IMG/VR virus record: IMGVR_UViG_3300034684_000096
Coordinates: 32,001 to 96,000 of that record
DNA: 64,000 bases
Direction: 5' to 3' (one strand)
Source: a virus
Position numbers and translations under genes: made by a program. Below, piece after piece: positions 38,669 through 48,361 of the stretch; within the stretch, counting starts at the first letter, position 1, and every line of letters starts with the position of its first letter. The notes under the pieces are model-generated. The model saw nothing but the letters and a program-made list of their open reading frames with translations, made no database searches and had not been told where the DNA came from.

Positions 38669-38991
38669 ATCTCCACATAATCTTCAGAGCTACTGCTCCA
38701 AAAATCAAAATAAGCTCCTTTTATGATTTTAGGCATAGATTTGTGGGCTGTGAAAGTGCCATCACTTTCTTGCACCACAGGAAGACCAACAAAATTAGCT
38801 AATTCCTTTATAGACATTCCCCCACCACTCATCAGCCTGTCGTAGGCGTCGGCTTTGGCTTCAAGCCATTGAAGATACTGATAATGCCAGATATCAAACC
38901 AAACATTATGGATACCGTCAGTTATGCCTCTTACACTCTTCCTACCAGTCTCCGCTTCATACCTCTTCATCATTTCAGTCTTTTCCATCAT
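38593..38991 (-). CDS. MEKTEMMKR-family protein
   Basis: AYDRLMSG and YTGxWxDSLTLPD shared with its neighbour. Confidence 0.75.
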   Translation of the reverse strand: MMEKTEMMKRYEAETGRKSVRGITDGIHNVWFDIWHYQYLQWLEAKADAYDRLMSGGGMSIKELANFVGLPVVQESDGTFTAHKSMPKIIKGAYFDFWSSSSEDYVEICGIPVYYTGDWRDSLTLPDGLEEK

Positions 38992-39170
38992 TTCAACTCC
39001 TTGTAATAATCAATCATTTTGTTATAGATGGCAAAGAACGTCTCCGCTATTGTTCCCACATCCTCAACACTAAATTTTGCTCCCCTCCCTGTGTAGAGTT
39101 GTTCCAACGGCTTCACACCTTCTTCAAGAATTGAGACAACCTTTTCATAAATCTCATTGGTTTCTTCCAT
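38988..39170 (-). CDS. Hypothetical protein
   Basis: Packed ORF with GAGG RBS. Confidence 0.65.
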   Translation of the reverse strand: MEETNEIYEKVVSILEEGVKPLEQLYTGRGAKFSVEDVGTIAETFFAIYNKMIDYYKELK

Positions 39171-39462
39171 GCAATTCCTCCTTGATTCTCTCTATCAGTT
39201 CCTTCGCTTCTATCGGGTGCGTCTTTGGGTCGAGTAGTACAGCATCATTGCACTTCAGACTGCACACGGTAGCTATGTTCAATGGGTGGTGAATCACTTC
39301 CTTTCCGTATTGCTTCAAGTAGCTCTTGCTTTTCGCTATCCTATGAGCTATCTGTAGGTTGCCGAGGTGCAACGGTTTCCCGCACACCTCGCATTTACAA
39401 CCACGCTCTACCATCAAGCGGATACGGTTCTCTTGACAGTCCAATCGTTCTCGTTCTGTCAT
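39154..39462 (-). CDS. HNH-like zinc-finger nuclease
   Basis: CEVCG...AHRI...NIATVCSLKCN. Confidence 0.7.
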   Translation of the reverse strand: MTERERLDCQENRIRLMVERGCKCEVCGKPLHLGNLQIAHRIAKSKSYLKQYGKEVIHHPLNIATVCSLKCNDAVLLDPKTHPIEAKELIERIKEELHGRNQ

Positions 39463-39929
39463 GAAAGCATCTCGTGGTTGTCGTGAATATTGCCGATGAC
39501 TTCAAAATCTGCATCACAAAAATTCAATTCTGAGAATGGCGTTAGGTAATCCATATCAAGTTCATCCGCTCCAACAAAATCTCTCCATTCTTTGTTTTTA
39601 ACGCCTTTAAGCTGGAACGACATATTATCTGATGAATACACAATCGTTCCTGTAAGTTCTGATTCTCTCTCTGCGCCATCAAACCACCACCATATAAATC
39701 TAACAATATCACCCTCAAAAATCATTTTTCCATTGCGGTCTTTAAGGCCAGTGAATTGCTCAATTACAACATTGTCACTGAATTTCGTGTTGAATGGAGA
39801 TAGGCTTGCAGAATCATCTACATCTAATCCACCATTCATTGGATTAATGTAGAACGCTCCAAATTTACCAACCATAACATCATACTCATAGTTTACCCCA
39901 TTCCAAACCCTAAACAATATCTCTCTCAT
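39459..39929 (-). CDS. YopX family protein
   Basis: MREILFRVW...QFTGLKDRNGKMIFEGDIV...EVIGNIHDN. Confidence 0.92.
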   Translation of the reverse strand: MREILFRVWNGVNYEYDVMVGKFGAFYINPMNGGLDVDDSASLSPFNTKFSDNVVIEQFTGLKDRNGKMIFEGDIVRFIWWWFDGAERESELTGTIVYSSDNMSFQLKGVKNKEWRDFVGADELDMDYLTPFSELNFCDADFEVIGNIHDNHEMLS

Positions 39930-39938
39930 GCTTTCCTC

Positions 39939-40187
39939 CTAAAACGGAATTCCTAAATCTGAACTATCATCAGCAAAACTCTCCGGTCCACTCTGTTGCT
40001 TCAGGTATCGGTTCTCTTCCTTCGGCTCGCTCTTACCACTCATCAGCCTGTCATAGGCTTCGGCTTCTAGCCATCGAGTATACTCATCAAACGGGTATTC
40101 AGTAAGGTAGTCCACAGCCTCCCTACCAGTCTCCGCCTCATACCTCTTCATCATTTCAGTCTTTTCCATCACACCCTCCAGTTCCAT
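39939..40187 (-). CDS. Chimeric MEKTEMMKR-family protein with SSB-like acidic IPF tail
   Basis: N-terminus shared with 38593; ends GPESFADDSSDLGIPF. Confidence 0.65.
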   Translation of the reverse strand: MELEGVMEKTEMMKRYEAETGREAVDYLTEYPFDEYTRWLEAEAYDRLMSGKSEPKEENRYLKQQSGPESFADDSSDLGIPF

Positions 40188-40546
40188 GCGTCTATAATCT
40201 GCTTTAAGAAATAGGCCATATCTGTGGAATAACCCCTCATAATATGCTCATAATACCCACAAGTAAGTTTGATAAAATGCCAACCCCCTATTGGCTCAAT
40301 ACCTCTTTCAATCTTTGGATACTCCCCACAGAACGGGCAGGGAAGCAAGCCATCGTCATTAAGTATGCCAAGGTCTTTGATGATAAAAAAACTTCCCATC
40401 TGACAGTCGTCAAAACCCTTCCAGCAACAACCACCTTGATTGCAGTTGAATAGGCATCCTTTGCACAGTTCAATAGGTGCCACCGCCTTCACCATATGCT
40501 TCTGCCCGTCGATAATCTCTATCCACTGCTCTCCTAGTTCTCTCAT
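40169..40546 (-). CDS. Lar-like zinc-ribbon protein, paralog of 37842-38225
   Basis: RxLGEQW...KDLGILN.DG.LPCPFCGEYP...IDAWNWRV. Confidence 0.75.
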   Translation of the reverse strand: MRELGEQWIEIIDGQKHMVKAVAPIELCKGCLFNCNQGGCCWKGFDDCQMGSFFIIKDLGILNDDGLLPCPFCGEYPKIERGIEPIGGWHFIKLTCGYYEHIMRGYSTDMAYFLKQIIDAWNWRV

Positions 40547-40830
40547 ATTGGTTCTCCCTCTGGTACTGGTGGGATGGGGACATATCTAATTACTTGATAA
40601 CGACCTAGCCATCCACCAACGTATTGGCATAGGTTGTAATGAACACTTCCTGTCTCGTTATCAAGTAACTCGCACCAATATAGTCCTGCCTTTTCCGGCT
40701 TCTCAGTTGTTGGTCGCCAGCGGAGTTGGGCTTTCAGTTTAGTATTTTCTAATTTCATAATAGAAAATTTCTCTCTTAACATACGAATCTCTTGATACAT
40801 ATTTTTCTCAAAGTCATTCATTTCAAACAC
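40543..40830 (-). CDS. Hypothetical protein (DUF551-like)
   Basis: WRPTTEKP...VIRYVPIPPVP. Confidence 0.65.
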   Translation of the reverse strand: MFEMNDFEKNMYQEIRMLREKFSIMKLENTKLKAQLRWRPTTEKPEKAGLYWCELLDNETGSVHYNLCQYVGGWLGRYQVIRYVPIPPVPEGEPI

Positions 40831-40839
40831 ACCCCTCTA

Positions 40840-41148
40840 TCATAGCTTCTCCAATAATGCATCCACCATTTCAAAGGTTTCTTTATCTGCGTAATCAATA
40901 TGGTAGTCAGTACATAATGATACTAATGCTTCTTCAAAACCATCAACATCACCTATGTAATTGAATATATCATAGAGATTGTATTCTGCGGTTACTTTTG
41001 CACAGTTATTGCAAACCCTCCACGTGTAGATATCATCATTCTCTTCCACCACTTCTTTCAGATATTCAGTACCTGTAGTAATAGATTGAGAACAATAGCT
41101 ACAGAAATATTGTTTGTCTGCTTTAACTATTTCACAGCTTAGTGTCAT
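40840..41148 (-). CDS. Zinc-finger phage protein
   Basis: KADKQYFCSYC..I..GTEY...CNNC. Confidence 0.7.
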   Translation of the reverse strand: MTLSCEIVKADKQYFCSYCSQSITTGTEYLKEVVEENDDIYTWRVCNNCAKVTAEYNLYDIFNYIGDVDGFEEALVSLCTDYHIDYADKETFEMVDALLEKL

Positions 41149-41151
41149 AGT

Positions 41152-41433
41152 TTACTCACATACCTCATAAGTCTTTTCAAAGATATCAGGTTTACATGGG
41201 TAGAATTCACCATTTACACCCCGAATAATCCAGTCCCCTTCATTAGCTTTCATAACTCCCTCTAGTGTTTCAATATTTAAAGAAAATATTGGAGGAGCAA
41301 TACCTGCTACATATGCGGTTTCGGATTCTAGATTTTCCTCAAGTTCCTTGCCGATAAATGCTTCAATCTCTTGCCTATTGTATTTTGTATATTGAATCGC
41401 TTCAATTACCACTGGTTTCTTTCTAAATTTCAT
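41152..41433 (-). CDS. Conserved phage protein (KKPVVIEA...GEFYPCKPDIF family)
   Basis: IETLEGVMKA..GDWIIRGVNGEFYPCKPDIFEKTYE. Confidence 0.85.
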   Translation of the reverse strand: MKFRKKPVVIEAIQYTKYNRQEIEAFIGKELEENLESETAYVAGIAPPIFSLNIETLEGVMKANEGDWIIRGVNGEFYPCKPDIFEKTYEVCE

Positions 41434-41627
41434 GAATTAACTCCTAAATACTCTTCGCCCATATAATCGTTATATCTACTAGTACTCTCAGCATAAGCCA
41501 AGGCTTCAAATAAAGCATCTTTAGTAATAAATGTTCTAATACTTACTTCATTAGAAGTATTTTTTAAATCAATCTGATAGGCATTTCTATATACCTCGAT
41601 GTCTGTAATTATGTAGCTATCTCCCAT
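41430..41627 (-). CDS. Hypothetical protein
   Basis: Packed ORF with AGGAG RBS. Confidence 0.65.
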   Translation of the reverse strand: MGDSYIITDIEVYRNAYQIDLKNTSNEVSIRTFITKDALFEALAYAESTSRYNDYMGEEYLGVNS

Positions 41628-41628
41628 A

Positions 41629-41820
41629 TTATTTATCTCCTATAATTGTATGCTTTGGCTCTACTTGATGGTCACAATCAATCATAATGTTCTCATTTCT
41701 ATCAATGATGATATCTTCATTCAATAACTGTCGTGACTCTTTATCAAATGAAGAGTAAATAAGAACATTTGCACTGTCAGATAAATCTGCCAATAGGTGT
41801 TTCAGTTCATATACTAACAT
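41629..41820 (-). CDS. Hypothetical protein
   Basis: Packed ORF with GGAGG RBS. Confidence 0.65.
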   Translation of the reverse strand: MLVYELKHLLADLSDSANVLIYSSFDKESRQLLNEDIIIDRNENIMIDCDHQVEPKHTIIGDK

Positions 41821-42133
41821 TATCTACTACCTCCAATTTAGTACCAAAAGTATTAGCATAATACTCTTGTTCTTCAGTCAAATTATCTTCAAATACATGT
41901 CCGTGTTCCCATAAACTATCATTTACTTTATCAAAAGCAATTGGTCTGGTGTTATAGCTCACAATTGTTTGTGTATAGAGAGTGAACGGTCTCCCACAAC
42001 GGTCGCATTCGGTTATCTGACTATCTTCATCCATATACTCCCAAGAGTCTGAGAATTTATGCCCACAGTAAGGGCAGATAATGGCATCGGTATAGGCGCA
42101 GTCTACAAAACTCGTCTTTACTTTAACTTTCAT
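41807..42133 (-). CDS. Zinc-ribbon protein
   Basis: ICPYCG...DSWE...ECDRCGRPF. Confidence 0.75.
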   Translation of the reverse strand: MKVKVKTSFVDCAYTDAIICPYCGHKFSDSWEYMDEDSQITECDRCGRPFTLYTQTIVSYNTRPIAFDKVNDSLWEHGHVFEDNLTEEQEYYANTFGTKLEVVDNVSI

Positions 42134-42380
42134 TCTTTAATCCTTCTTCACAGTACTCTTTACGGTTATACACAGTGCCTTGTTGCATATCCACCCTATA
42201 CCAGTTATGTTCCCCTACATCTTTATTACCTTCAATATTTTTATTAGGTAACACATTTATTTCAAATGTATCATCTCGCATACAAATAGCTATTTCATTA
42301 CCTTCTTCTGTTCTCATAACAAAATTACTATATACTTCCTCAATAATAAAGCATCTATCTTCATCTACACTAACTTTCAT
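42123..42380 (-). CDS. Hypothetical protein
   Basis: Packed ORF with GGAGG RBS. Confidence 0.7.
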   Translation of the reverse strand: MKVSVDEDRCFIIEEVYSNFVMRTEEGNEIAICMRDDTFEINVLPNKNIEGNKDVGEHNWYRVDMQQGTVYNRKEYCEEGLKNES

Positions 42381-42816
42381 TCTTTCCTCCGTTTGGAACC
42401 CATTCCATTGCTTGATAATCCTCTTCTACTTCATAAACCGGAACAAAATGATGCTTTTCATAAAACCCTTGCACATCTTTGTGAGCATATAAAAGTAACT
42501 TTTGCTGTAAGTTCTTTGCCATGACTTTAAATGCAAATACAGCGAGTGAGCCAAAACCCTGTCCTCTGTAAGACTCATGAACACAAAGAGGACCAATATA
42601 AATCATTTCTCCACTCCGCTCACTGAATCCATATTCAAAACCAAATACACATGCTACATTATCGTCTTGAAAAATAGCAGAGAAAGTAGTTTTTCGTTTA
42701 CCACTTATATAATCTGGGTCATATTTTCTACACGCTACTGCGGTGACTAACATAGGCCATTCCCCGGTATTTGCTAATTCTTCAACCTCTTGGAATGTTA
42801 TCTCTTTCATATTCAT
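42370..42816 (-). CDS. GNAT family acetyltransferase
   Basis: LCVHESYRGQGFGS acetyl-CoA motif; GFYEKHHF. Confidence 0.85.
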   Translation of the reverse strand: MNMKEITFQEVEELANTGEWPMLVTAVACRKYDPDYISGKRKTTFSAIFQDDNVACVFGFEYGFSERSGEMIYIGPLCVHESYRGQGFGSLAVFAFKVMAKNLQQKLLLYAHKDVQGFYEKHHFVPVYEVEEDYQAMEWVPNGGKNES

Positions 42817-42835
42817 TGTTCCTTGTTTACGTTTT

Positions 42836-42871
42836 AGGCTATCTGTTAATTTTTTGGTCCAACAGATAGCC
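42836..42871. terminator. Intergenic hairpin, probable terminator
   Basis: AGGCTATCTGTT/AACAGATAGCCT inverted repeat. Confidence 0.6.
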
Positions 42872-42883
42872 TTTATATTTCTA

Positions 42884-43189
42884 TCAAACCTCTAAGACAT
42901 GCTTATGTGCTCTGTCAAGCAATATTATTGTGCGGTGAAGTAGGTCAAGCATTTCTTCTGCCATAGCATCTGGTACTGGTCTTTCTTCCTCTTTGTAATC
43001 ATACCCAAAGTACTTTCCACCCCTGTCTCTAACATCTAAATCAAGATATACAGCCGTTTCGTATACTCTATGGATTTCTTTTCTCAACTCATCCATAAAC
43101 CCTTGTTCTTGTTTTACTTCCTGTTTTGCTTTTTCACTCATAATATCTCCTTTTTTGTTATTCTCTTTACTGGTTGTCCACCAAGCCAA
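42884..43189 (-). CDS. Hypothetical protein; true start probably at MSEKA
   Basis: AGGAG RBS before the internal ATG. Confidence 0.65.
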   Translation of the reverse strand: MAWWTTSKENNKKGDIMSEKAKQEVKQEQGFMDELRKEIHRVYETAVYLDLDVRDRGGKYFGYDYKEEERPVPDAMAEEMLDLLHRTIILLDRAHKHVLEV

Positions 43190-43395
43190 GCATAAACATT
43201 CTTTATCCTTCTATGATTGAAAGGACTGACAAATTGCCAGTTTCCTTGCCTTCCTATGTCTATGTAATAGGCAAATCTTACATTACCCAACTCATCAGTT
43301 ACAAGATATTTATCATAAGTCCTATTACTGTAAGGAGGAGGATAAGTAGGATATTTTCCTTCAGGTAATCGTTCTGATACAAGTGTCCATTCCAT
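43138..43395 (-). CDS. DUF551-like protein
   Basis: MEWTLVSERLPE...YLVT...VYAW. Confidence 0.7.
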   Translation of the reverse strand: MEWTLVSERLPEGKYPTYPPPYSNRTYDKYLVTDELGNVRFAYYIDIGRQGNWQFVSPFNHRRIKNVYAWLGGQPVKRITKKEIL

Positions 43396-43733
43396 TATTT
43401 TATCTCCTTTTTTGTTATTCTAGCTTGTGCCATACCAAGCTTTACTGCTTCTTCGATTGCAGACATGGTAGCTATATTATCTTCTGGTAGGTGCTCAACT
43501 AGTGCAATAGCTACACTTGCAAGTTGCACTGCATACTTCTGTATTTTGGCTAAATCATTGGTTGGCTTTTTACCTAGATAAGCATCATTCGTAGCCTGTG
43601 CAAGCTTTCCAAACTCCTCACCTAGTATAGAAATCCACTCAAAAGGAGAGTTGTTCTGCGGGTATCCCCATTTTGCGTCCTGCTTATTACGTTCTTCAGT
43701 AACCTTTCTAAAGACACTATCTCTTTGAATCAT
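43395..43733 (-). CDS. MazG-like nucleotide pyrophosphohydrolase
   Basis: ERNKQDAKWG...WISILGEEFG...VQLASVA; some acidic metal ligands appear substituted. Confidence 0.75.
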   Translation of the reverse strand: MIQRDSVFRKVTEERNKQDAKWGYPQNNSPFEWISILGEEFGKLAQATNDAYLGKKPTNDLAKIQKYAVQLASVAIALVEHLPEDNIATMSAIEEAVKLGMAQARITKKEIK

Positions 43734-44023
43734 CCATTTTCTCCTATTATTTTCTCATTCCATTCCTTAATTACCTCTTCTTTTGTGTTGGCGTATGCCT
43801 CACAATGAATATAAGGTGAATCAATATAAGGTCCATTTTTATATAAAACTTGTGCAAGCCAATAATTACCTTGTTGTGTTATTGAAGGATATTGCCCATT
43901 ATGGTGAGGTAGACAACCTTGGTAATCTTTCTTTTGTGCAGTATATTCCTTAGAAAAATCACATTCTTGGATTTGGTTTTTAGCCAACATTGCTGACCCA
44001 AGTGAATCAATTACATATTCCAT
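43730..44023 (-). CDS. Hypothetical protein
   Basis: Packed ORF. Confidence 0.65.
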   Translation of the reverse strand: MEYVIDSLGSAMLAKNQIQECDFSKEYTAQKKDYQGCLPHHNGQYPSITQQGNYWLAQVLYKNGPYIDSPYIHCEAYANTKEEVIKEWNEKIIGENG

Positions 44024-44277
44024 TATTCTTTATCCCTAGTTTCATTTTGCTCTTCTTTCGCTCGTTCTACATGTGCATAAAGATTTCGGTTATTTACATT
44101 CATTTCAATGCAAACCATTTCTGCATAAGAAGGTGATTCATGACTAAACAAAATATTACCATTTATGTCAACAATATTATATTTCATTATTCTTCCTCCT
44201 ACTTCCTAGTCCATCTATCAAGCAAATAAAATTCCATAGCAACTACTATAACAGCTAACATGGCTGACGATAATGTA

Positions 44278-44661
44278 TTAGTATCCATAGCCTTCCCCCA
44301 ACTTCTCTATATTATACTCAAAAGTATCCTCACTTGGTTCCTTGCCTTCTAGTTTTCTCATTCGTTCTACATGTTCTTTACCAAAAGCAACTACTTTAAG
44401 CAAGTCTTCATTAGGTACTCCAGCACAAGCATTGACACAAGCTACTATACGCTCAGCATTGGCTTCAGAGTCAATAGACCAAGCCACGTCATAGTCTTCT
44501 GACTCACTAAATATCTCATAGCTGTTATCCACGCCTACCACATACCAAGGCTCCTTTATATGCTTTCTCTTACACATATCTGCCACACTCCTCAAACACA
44601 GGAGCACCTTCATAGTAAGGAACACCTCCATCCCAATCAACTCCAATTTGCTTACCTTCAT
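44278..44661 (-). CDS. Hypothetical protein, paralog of 44570-44953; true start probably at MCKRK
   Basis: KHxKEPW...AxRIVACVNAC shared. Confidence 0.7.
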   Translation of the reverse strand: MKVSKLELIGMEVFLTMKVLLCLRSVADMCKRKHIKEPWYVVGVDNSYEIFSESEDYDVAWSIDSEANAERIVACVNACAGVPNEDLLKVVAFGKEHVERMRKLEGKEPSEDTFEYNIEKLGEGYGY

Positions 44662-44953
44662 TTAGAACCAAAGCAACACCATCGGCAACAATACCACTTT
44701 GCAACACTTCATTGGTAAGTCCAATACAAGCATTCACACAAGCCACGATACGCCGTGCATCAATCTCATCTACTGCCCAGTCATCTACTACTACCATTGG
44801 TTCATCTTTCCATGGATGGTCAGGAGATATTCGCTCTCCATATGTCTGTACTCTGCTTACAATACGACTAGACCAATTATAGTCCTCTACTGTATTAATA
44901 ACTGCCCAAGGTTCTTTTGTATGCTTCATACTTCCTCCATTTCTTATACTCAT
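44570..44953 (-). CDS. Hypothetical protein; true start probably at MKHTK
   Basis: GGAGG RBS; ARRIVACVNAC. Confidence 0.75.
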   Translation of the reverse strand: MSIRNGGSMKHTKEPWAVINTVEDYNWSSRIVSRVQTYGERISPDHPWKDEPMVVVDDWAVDEIDARRIVACVNACIGLTNEVLQSGIVADGVALVLNEGKQIGVDWDGGVPYYEGAPVFEECGRYV

Positions 44954-45073
44954 ATACTATCATACTTTAGCATAAATGTCAATAGGAAAATAAAAAATAA
45001 ATAAAAAACCTCCATGGAGTTCATGGAGGAAGTAGGTCTGGGGAATCTATGTGTAGGGGTATCGACCTACTTT

Positions 45074-45730
45074 TTAATTATTACTTCTTAGTCTACTCTT
45101 CAAAAACAGAGTAAAGTCTTTATTCATATTTATAGGATATATTACAATCTGTGCATTTATTCCTATAAATAGGTGTATGTCTGGTTGCCTATTAAATTTT
45201 CTAAAATACACATTTGTTCCATCTATCTTATAGGTAGGAATCATGTCATGAAATTTTATAACGTCGTGTCCGTCATGTAAAGCCAATGCTGTTAATTGCC
45301 TCTCAAGGTGTGAAGGAGAATCAAAACCTGACTCTACAACAAATATATTTTGTATTTCTCTATTTGGTCGTTCTGTATTCTTATAGAAATAACGTAACAC
45401 ATAACTAATATCTTCTTCTGGCATTACTCTAATATCATTATCTAAAGTAGCAAACACATACACATTTTCAGCAATAACGTAGCCCGAAAGCACTATTTCC
45501 TTACCCTCATCATAGAAGTTTATTTTTCTAATTACTCCGGTACTTTCTAACCAATATAAAATCTTTCCCAATTGTATTCTATTATCAAAATTACCCTGTA
45601 CACTTAGCTCTTGTAAGATATCTTCCTCTGTTATAGCGAACCCGTTATATATGTAATTATATGTGTAAATGATTCTTGCTACATCTTCTTTATCAAACAT
45701 ATTATTCTTCCTTATAATCTTTAGCATCAT
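45074..45730 (-). CDS. Hypothetical protein, possible N-terminal winged helix
   Basis: 218-aa ORF; LYWLESTGVIRK (inference). Confidence 0.7.
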   Translation of the reverse strand: MMLKIIRKNNMFDKEDVARIIYTYNYIYNGFAITEEDILQELSVQGNFDNRIQLGKILYWLESTGVIRKINFYDEGKEIVLSGYVIAENVYVFATLDNDIRVMPEEDISYVLRYFYKNTERPNREIQNIFVVESGFDSPSHLERQLTALALHDGHDVIKFHDMIPTYKIDGTNVYFRKFNRQPDIHLFIGINAQIVIYPINMNKDFTLFLKSRLRSNN

Positions 45731-45765
45731 ATATAATTCCTACTGTACCTATTACTCGCTTCATA

Positions 45766-45966
45766 TTATACTACCAATAACTTCATGCAAACTAACATTG
45801 TTATCAAAGCTACGGAAGTATAAAGAAAATACAACCCAGTAAACAATAATAGTTTATCAATAAAATCATAAGGCATTATTGCCTTCTTTGAGTCACACGT
45901 TACTGTTATAAAAGCTACCAACGCTGGTATAATTACCAGAGAAAACAAAATGAATACAAGTTCCAT
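45766..45966 (-). CDS. Small membrane protein
   Basis: Two hydrophobic helices; AGGAG RBS. Confidence 0.7.
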   Translation of the reverse strand: MELVFILFSLVIIPALVAFITVTCDSKKAIMPYDFIDKLLLFTGLYFLYTSVALITMLVCMKLLVV

Positions 45967-46024
45967 ACTTACTCCTTCTTATACTTAAGATACTAGCATA
46001 AAATAGAAAAATAGTCAAGTACTT

Positions 46025-46693
46025 TTACAATATTATTTTTCTATTTTCTCTCTGTGCTTTTACTTCCAAGTAATCCCAGTTGTCAATGCCTTGGAGTTTT
46101 TCAATAACTTGCTCACTACTAATTGGTTTATAATCCCAGAATTCACAGTTGACATTAAGTTGTCTTCCATCTTTAATAATATCCGGGGTACCTTTATGAA
46201 TATGCCCATATAAGTTAATACTATTGTAATGAGAACAGTCCCACACTTTTAGAGGATAATGGCAGAGGAAGAATTTATGATTTAAATCTTTAACCATAAG
46301 ATACTCGTGATAAGGTATCTTACTGGTTCGTGCCATTCTCTGTACAAAACTTTTGTCATGGTTTCCATGTATCAAATGCAATTGTACTGCCTTTGGCTTA
46401 TGTGCTAGTAGCTTTGCCATACCTTCTTGAGAGAAAGCAATGTCCCCTAGTACGTATAAATCACTTCCTTTTGGAATATCGTATATTCTATCCAACACCC
46501 AGTCATCATACTCAGCAACAGTTTTTACAGACACATCCCTATGCTTTAATATAGAAAGATGACCTAAGTGCAGGTCACTCGTGAAGTACTTCATCCTTAG
46601 CCTCCTTATAACATTCAGGGGGTTCCATAAATTGAAATAACCAGACTCCTTCTGGGATATCTTCTGGTACTCTCCTAAAGCAATTCTCTCCAT
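46025..46693 (-). CDS. Calcineurin-like metallophosphoesterase
   Basis: TSDLHLGH, LGD, GNHD, LCHYP, LYGHIH. Confidence 0.92.
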   Translation of the reverse strand: MERIALGEYQKISQKESGYFNLWNPLNVIRRLRMKYFTSDLHLGHLSILKHRDVSVKTVAEYDDWVLDRIYDIPKGSDLYVLGDIAFSQEGMAKLLAHKPKAVQLHLIHGNHDKSFVQRMARTSKIPYHEYLMVKDLNHKFFLCHYPLKVWDCSHYNSINLYGHIHKGTPDIIKDGRQLNVNCEFWDYKPISSEQVIEKLQGIDNWDYLEVKAQRENRKIIL

Positions 46694-46731
46694 CTATACA
46701 TGATTCCCAAAATGGACAAAAGGTCATATCT

Positions 46732-47553
46732 CTATATATCATTAGCATTTCCTTTTAGTAGTTCTTTAAACTGTTCTAATTCTTTAACCATAGAATCAAC
46801 TTTTTCAATAACACCATGCTCTGGATGTTCATTTCTTTCAAACCAGTCAGATAGTGTTTTTCTTGAAGGAGTATTCTCCTCTAATATATTATGTACTAAC
46901 TGATAATGATGAAGACCAAATACATCATATACCTTTTTAAAGAAAGTATCAATATCGTTTGCTTGTTCTTCTAATCGTTTCTTAGTACGTACTATATCTT
47001 CTTTATCATATTCAAGTTGTCTCAATTCATGCTGTAGATTCTGAGCCACATATTTACCAATAGCACTAAAGGTCGCTTTCCCTTCTTTGTACGCAGTAAA
47101 ATCATTAAGCTTCTTTACTCTTCTCATTAACTCATAGTCTGAATCAGATAACATCTTATCTTTATTCTTCAATCTATTGACAATAAGTGCTCTCCAGAAA
47201 CCTTCTGGTATCTCTACTTCCCGTACCGGTGCTTTTATCTTTGTCAGCAACCTTTTCTCTGTGGCTAGTATAAAACCAAAGCCCTCTGGTAGCTCACCAT
47301 CTTTTACTACACCTTTAGGAGCTACCAGATACATTTGATTGCAGTAAGGCATATACTCTTGCATCTTAGTGTCATGAAGAAAATCAGCACGTGATACTTT
47401 TACTTCATACGCAGTAACAAGACTCTTGGTATATGAAGGTTTCATAGCCCACGCATCCATTCTTCTTTGTCCAGAGTTTATAGCGACTTCTGAGAAGAAG
47501 GCATCGTCTTTATGTCTTGTCTCTAACATACTAATAATATCTACTGCTTTCAT
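46732..47553 (-). CDS. MmcB-like PD-(D/E)XK nuclease-domain protein
   Basis: RMDAW...YEVKVSRADFLHD.K...YCNQMYLVAPKG. Confidence 0.8.
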   Translation of the reverse strand: MKAVDIISMLETRHKDDAFFSEVAINSGQRRMDAWAMKPSYTKSLVTAYEVKVSRADFLHDTKMQEYMPYCNQMYLVAPKGVVKDGELPEGFGFILATEKRLLTKIKAPVREVEIPEGFWRALIVNRLKNKDKMLSDSDYELMRRVKKLNDFTAYKEGKATFSAIGKYVAQNLQHELRQLEYDKEDIVRTKKRLEEQANDIDTFFKKVYDVFGLHHYQLVHNILEENTPSRKTLSDWFERNEHPEHGVIEKVDSMVKELEQFKELLKGNANDI

Positions 47554-47727
47554 TACTACTTCCTTATTTCAATACTGGTCCACGTAATTCAAGAAATTCT
47601 CCGTCATAGAAAAAGCTTCTTAGTTCTGTTGGGATACCGAACCCCTCTTCATCCCCATAACCATACCCAAGCACATATACACTAGCTTCTTCATCCAACC
47701 CACTTAAAATACTTATTAATTCTTTTA

Positions 47728-48060
47728 CTAACATACTTCCTCACTTTTTTCTTCTAAAAAATCTCCGTCTGCTGTCTTTACTGTTTGATGTAACAAATCA
47801 GCAAACATGTCTACTAACTCTTCATCTTTTTGAAGTTCTGTTCTATTCAATTGTCTAAAAATCCAATGTACTAGCTCATGCAAGAATACATGTTCTAATT
47901 GTTCATGAGTCATCTTAAACGTTGCGGTATTCGGGGCAATAAAGATTTTGTTTCTCCGATAATTAGCCATTCCCATTGCATCACTATCCAACATCATATC
48001 TGCATTGTATTCTAATTCAATAGTCGTTCCCATTAACTCAAACTTCTTAGGTATTTTCAC
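47728..48060 (-). CDS. Zinc metallopeptidase-like protein
   Basis: FLHELVHWI...DEELVD. Confidence 0.75.
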   Translation of the reverse strand: MKIPKKFELMGTTIELEYNADMMLDSDAMGMANYRRNKIFIAPNTATFKMTHEQLEHVFLHELVHWIFRQLNRTELQKDEELVDMFADLLHQTVKTADGDFLEEKSEEVC

Positions 48061-48361
48061 TATTTTTCTCCAATTTAGGTAATTTTTTTAACAATTCCAT
48101 CACTATATATATTGCTTCATCAAAGGTGTTACACACTCCCGATTCAACAATTATAAAATTAATTCTCCCAATATGCCCTACGTTAACTACATTATGTATT
48201 GGATGCTTCTTAATAGACCAATACACTTCACCTAGTACTTTGTACATCTCTATTAAGTAGCCCTTTCGTATTGCCCTAACATACTCATCTCCGTTAAATT
48301 TCTTTCGTCCCAATGGAGCAATGTCAATCTCAGCCATGATGTACTCCTTGCATGTATACAT
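48047..48361 (-). CDS. Hypothetical protein
   Basis: Packed ORF; AGGAG before MAEID. Confidence 0.6.
   Translation of the reverse strand: MYTCKEYIMAEIDIAPLGRKKFNGDEYVRAIRKGYLIEMYKVLGEVYWSIKKHPIHNVVNVGHIGRINFIIVESGVCNTFDEAIYIVMELLKKLPKLEKNSENT

Noticed and set aside
37842-40546. Diversity-generating retroelement template/variable repeats
   Set aside because: No reverse transcriptase in the window, and differences between copies are not adenine-specific
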